Source: Lachnospiraceae bacterium (GTDB lineage: Bacteria > Bacillota > Clostridia > Lachnospirales > Lachnospiraceae). Taken from it: DNA of 64,000 bases. Shown here in pieces: positions 63,440 through 64,000 of the stretch (position 1 is the first letter of the stretch; the number at the start of each line of letters is the position of its first letter). The position numbers and the translations under genes were made by a program. The notes below the pieces were generated by a model. The model was not told the DNA's origin. It was given only the letters and a program-made list of their open reading frames with translations, and did no database searches. Where the stretch lies: assembly GCA_017438305.1 (NCBI GenBank), contig JAFRVX010000114.1, positions 2,602-66,601 of the forward strand, in the 5' to 3' direction.

Positions 63440-63524
63440 AAATTATACCGTCAGAAGTTTTGCCTTGAGAAGTTTTATCGTCAGAAGGTCTATCGTCATA
63501 AATTATATCGTCAGAAGCTCTGCC
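63440..63524. repeat. direct repeats AAATTATA(C/T)CGTCAGAAG(T/C)T(T/C)TGCC, 60 bp apart, with a related copy between them
   Basis: Copies at 63440-63464 and 63500-63524, with TTATCGTCAGAAGGTCTATCGTCAT between them. They lie in the divergent region between the PatB-like and GH3 genes. Confidence 0.7.
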
Positions 63525-63682
63525 GTCATACGGAATCTTTGACTTACAAGGAAGAGATCCATCCGGATCAACTCATAAACTCCTGTTTTTTCTTGCAGAT
63601 GAATTCCGTTTTTTTACTTCTTTCCTCTCCGTTTCTGTGCTATACTTTTTTAAGAATATCGACCATTACCCGGAGGAAATCC

Positions 63683-64000
63683 ATGAAAAGTTTAACTTTT
63701 GCAGCAAGAAATGACGCTGTTACCCGGCGCGAGGACGAAAACCGGAAGATCGCCCGTCTGGCCGCATCCGAGGGCATCGTCCTTCTGAAGAACGAGGACC
63801 ATCTTCTGCCCCTTGCCGATAAGCGCATCGCCCTTTTCGGCGCCGGCGCTTCCCATACCGTAAAGGGCGGCACCGGTTCCGGCGAAGTCAACGAACGGCA
63901 TGCGGTGACCATCCTGGAGGGACTGGAAAAGGCCGGCTTTGAGATCACCTCCTACAACTGGCTCTATGATTACATTGCCTCCTATGATAAAAAGCCGGAA
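63683..64000 (+). CDS. glycoside hydrolase family 3 protein (5' part; runs off the window)
   Basis: Not in the ORF track because no stop is reached. GGAGGA-4 nt-ATG. The translation MKSLTFAARNDAVTRREDENRKIARLAASEGIVLLKNEDHLLPLADKRIALFGAGASHTVKGGTGSGEVN matches the GH3 beta-glucosidase/xylosidase N-terminal pattern. Confidence 0.7.
   Translation, partial: MKSLTFAARNDAVTRREDENRKIARLAASEGIVLLKNEDHLLPLADKRIALFGAGASHTVKGGTGSGEVNERHAVTILEGLEKAGFEITSYNWLYDYIASYDKKPE

Overview
This 64-kb chromosomal segment looks like a Gram-positive anaerobe of the class Clostridia. That call is an inference from AGGAGG-type ribosome-binding sites, tightly packed operons and the gene families present; no marker gene confirms it. 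I count about 55 protein-coding genes. I recognised no rRNA, tRNA, CRISPR array, transposase, integrase or phage gene. The GC-rich backbone carries four groups of genes. (a) Pentose and plant-polysaccharide use: GH43, GH51, a partial GH3, ribulokinase, an RpiB/LacAB-type isomerase, a GPH symporter and a sugar-phosphate isomerase. (b) Housekeeping: RecJ, TruA, ABC-F. (c) Exporters: MATE, a heterodimeric ABC exporter with MarR, and an ABC-2/GldG/DUF4340 set. (d) Others: two esterases, a processive-type GT2, a serpin, a TrxR-like flavoprotein lacking NADPH motifs, and a PatB/MalY lyase. Four things deserve follow-up. (1) At 4.3-6.8 kb there is an HPr-kinase-like + PqqD + radical SAM/SPASM cassette with no annotated precursor. 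An unannotated 57-codon ORF with regularly spaced Cys lies just upstream, and three tandem MBL-hydrolase paralogues lie beside it. (2) A visibly AT-richer island at 12.2-18.9 kb holds a double-HTH RNPP-like regulator, a convergent 56-aa exported peptide, a Sec-secreted small protein, and a LanFEG/LanI-like ABC plus lipoprotein set. (3) A second AT-richer island at 23.1-30.7 kb holds a duplicated module (140-aa secreted protein + ~435-aa lipoprotein). It is driven by a consensus promoter with LytTR-type direct repeats, next to an AgrCA-like two-component system that has no AgrBD, and it is flanked by a CPBP/Abi protease. (4) A double-hairpin palindromic repeat family occurs at four loci, and several other tandem or dispersed repeats are present. 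All coordinates, alignments and hairpins were worked out by hand. No similarity search, folding or GC computation was run, so functional calls rest on motif recognition.
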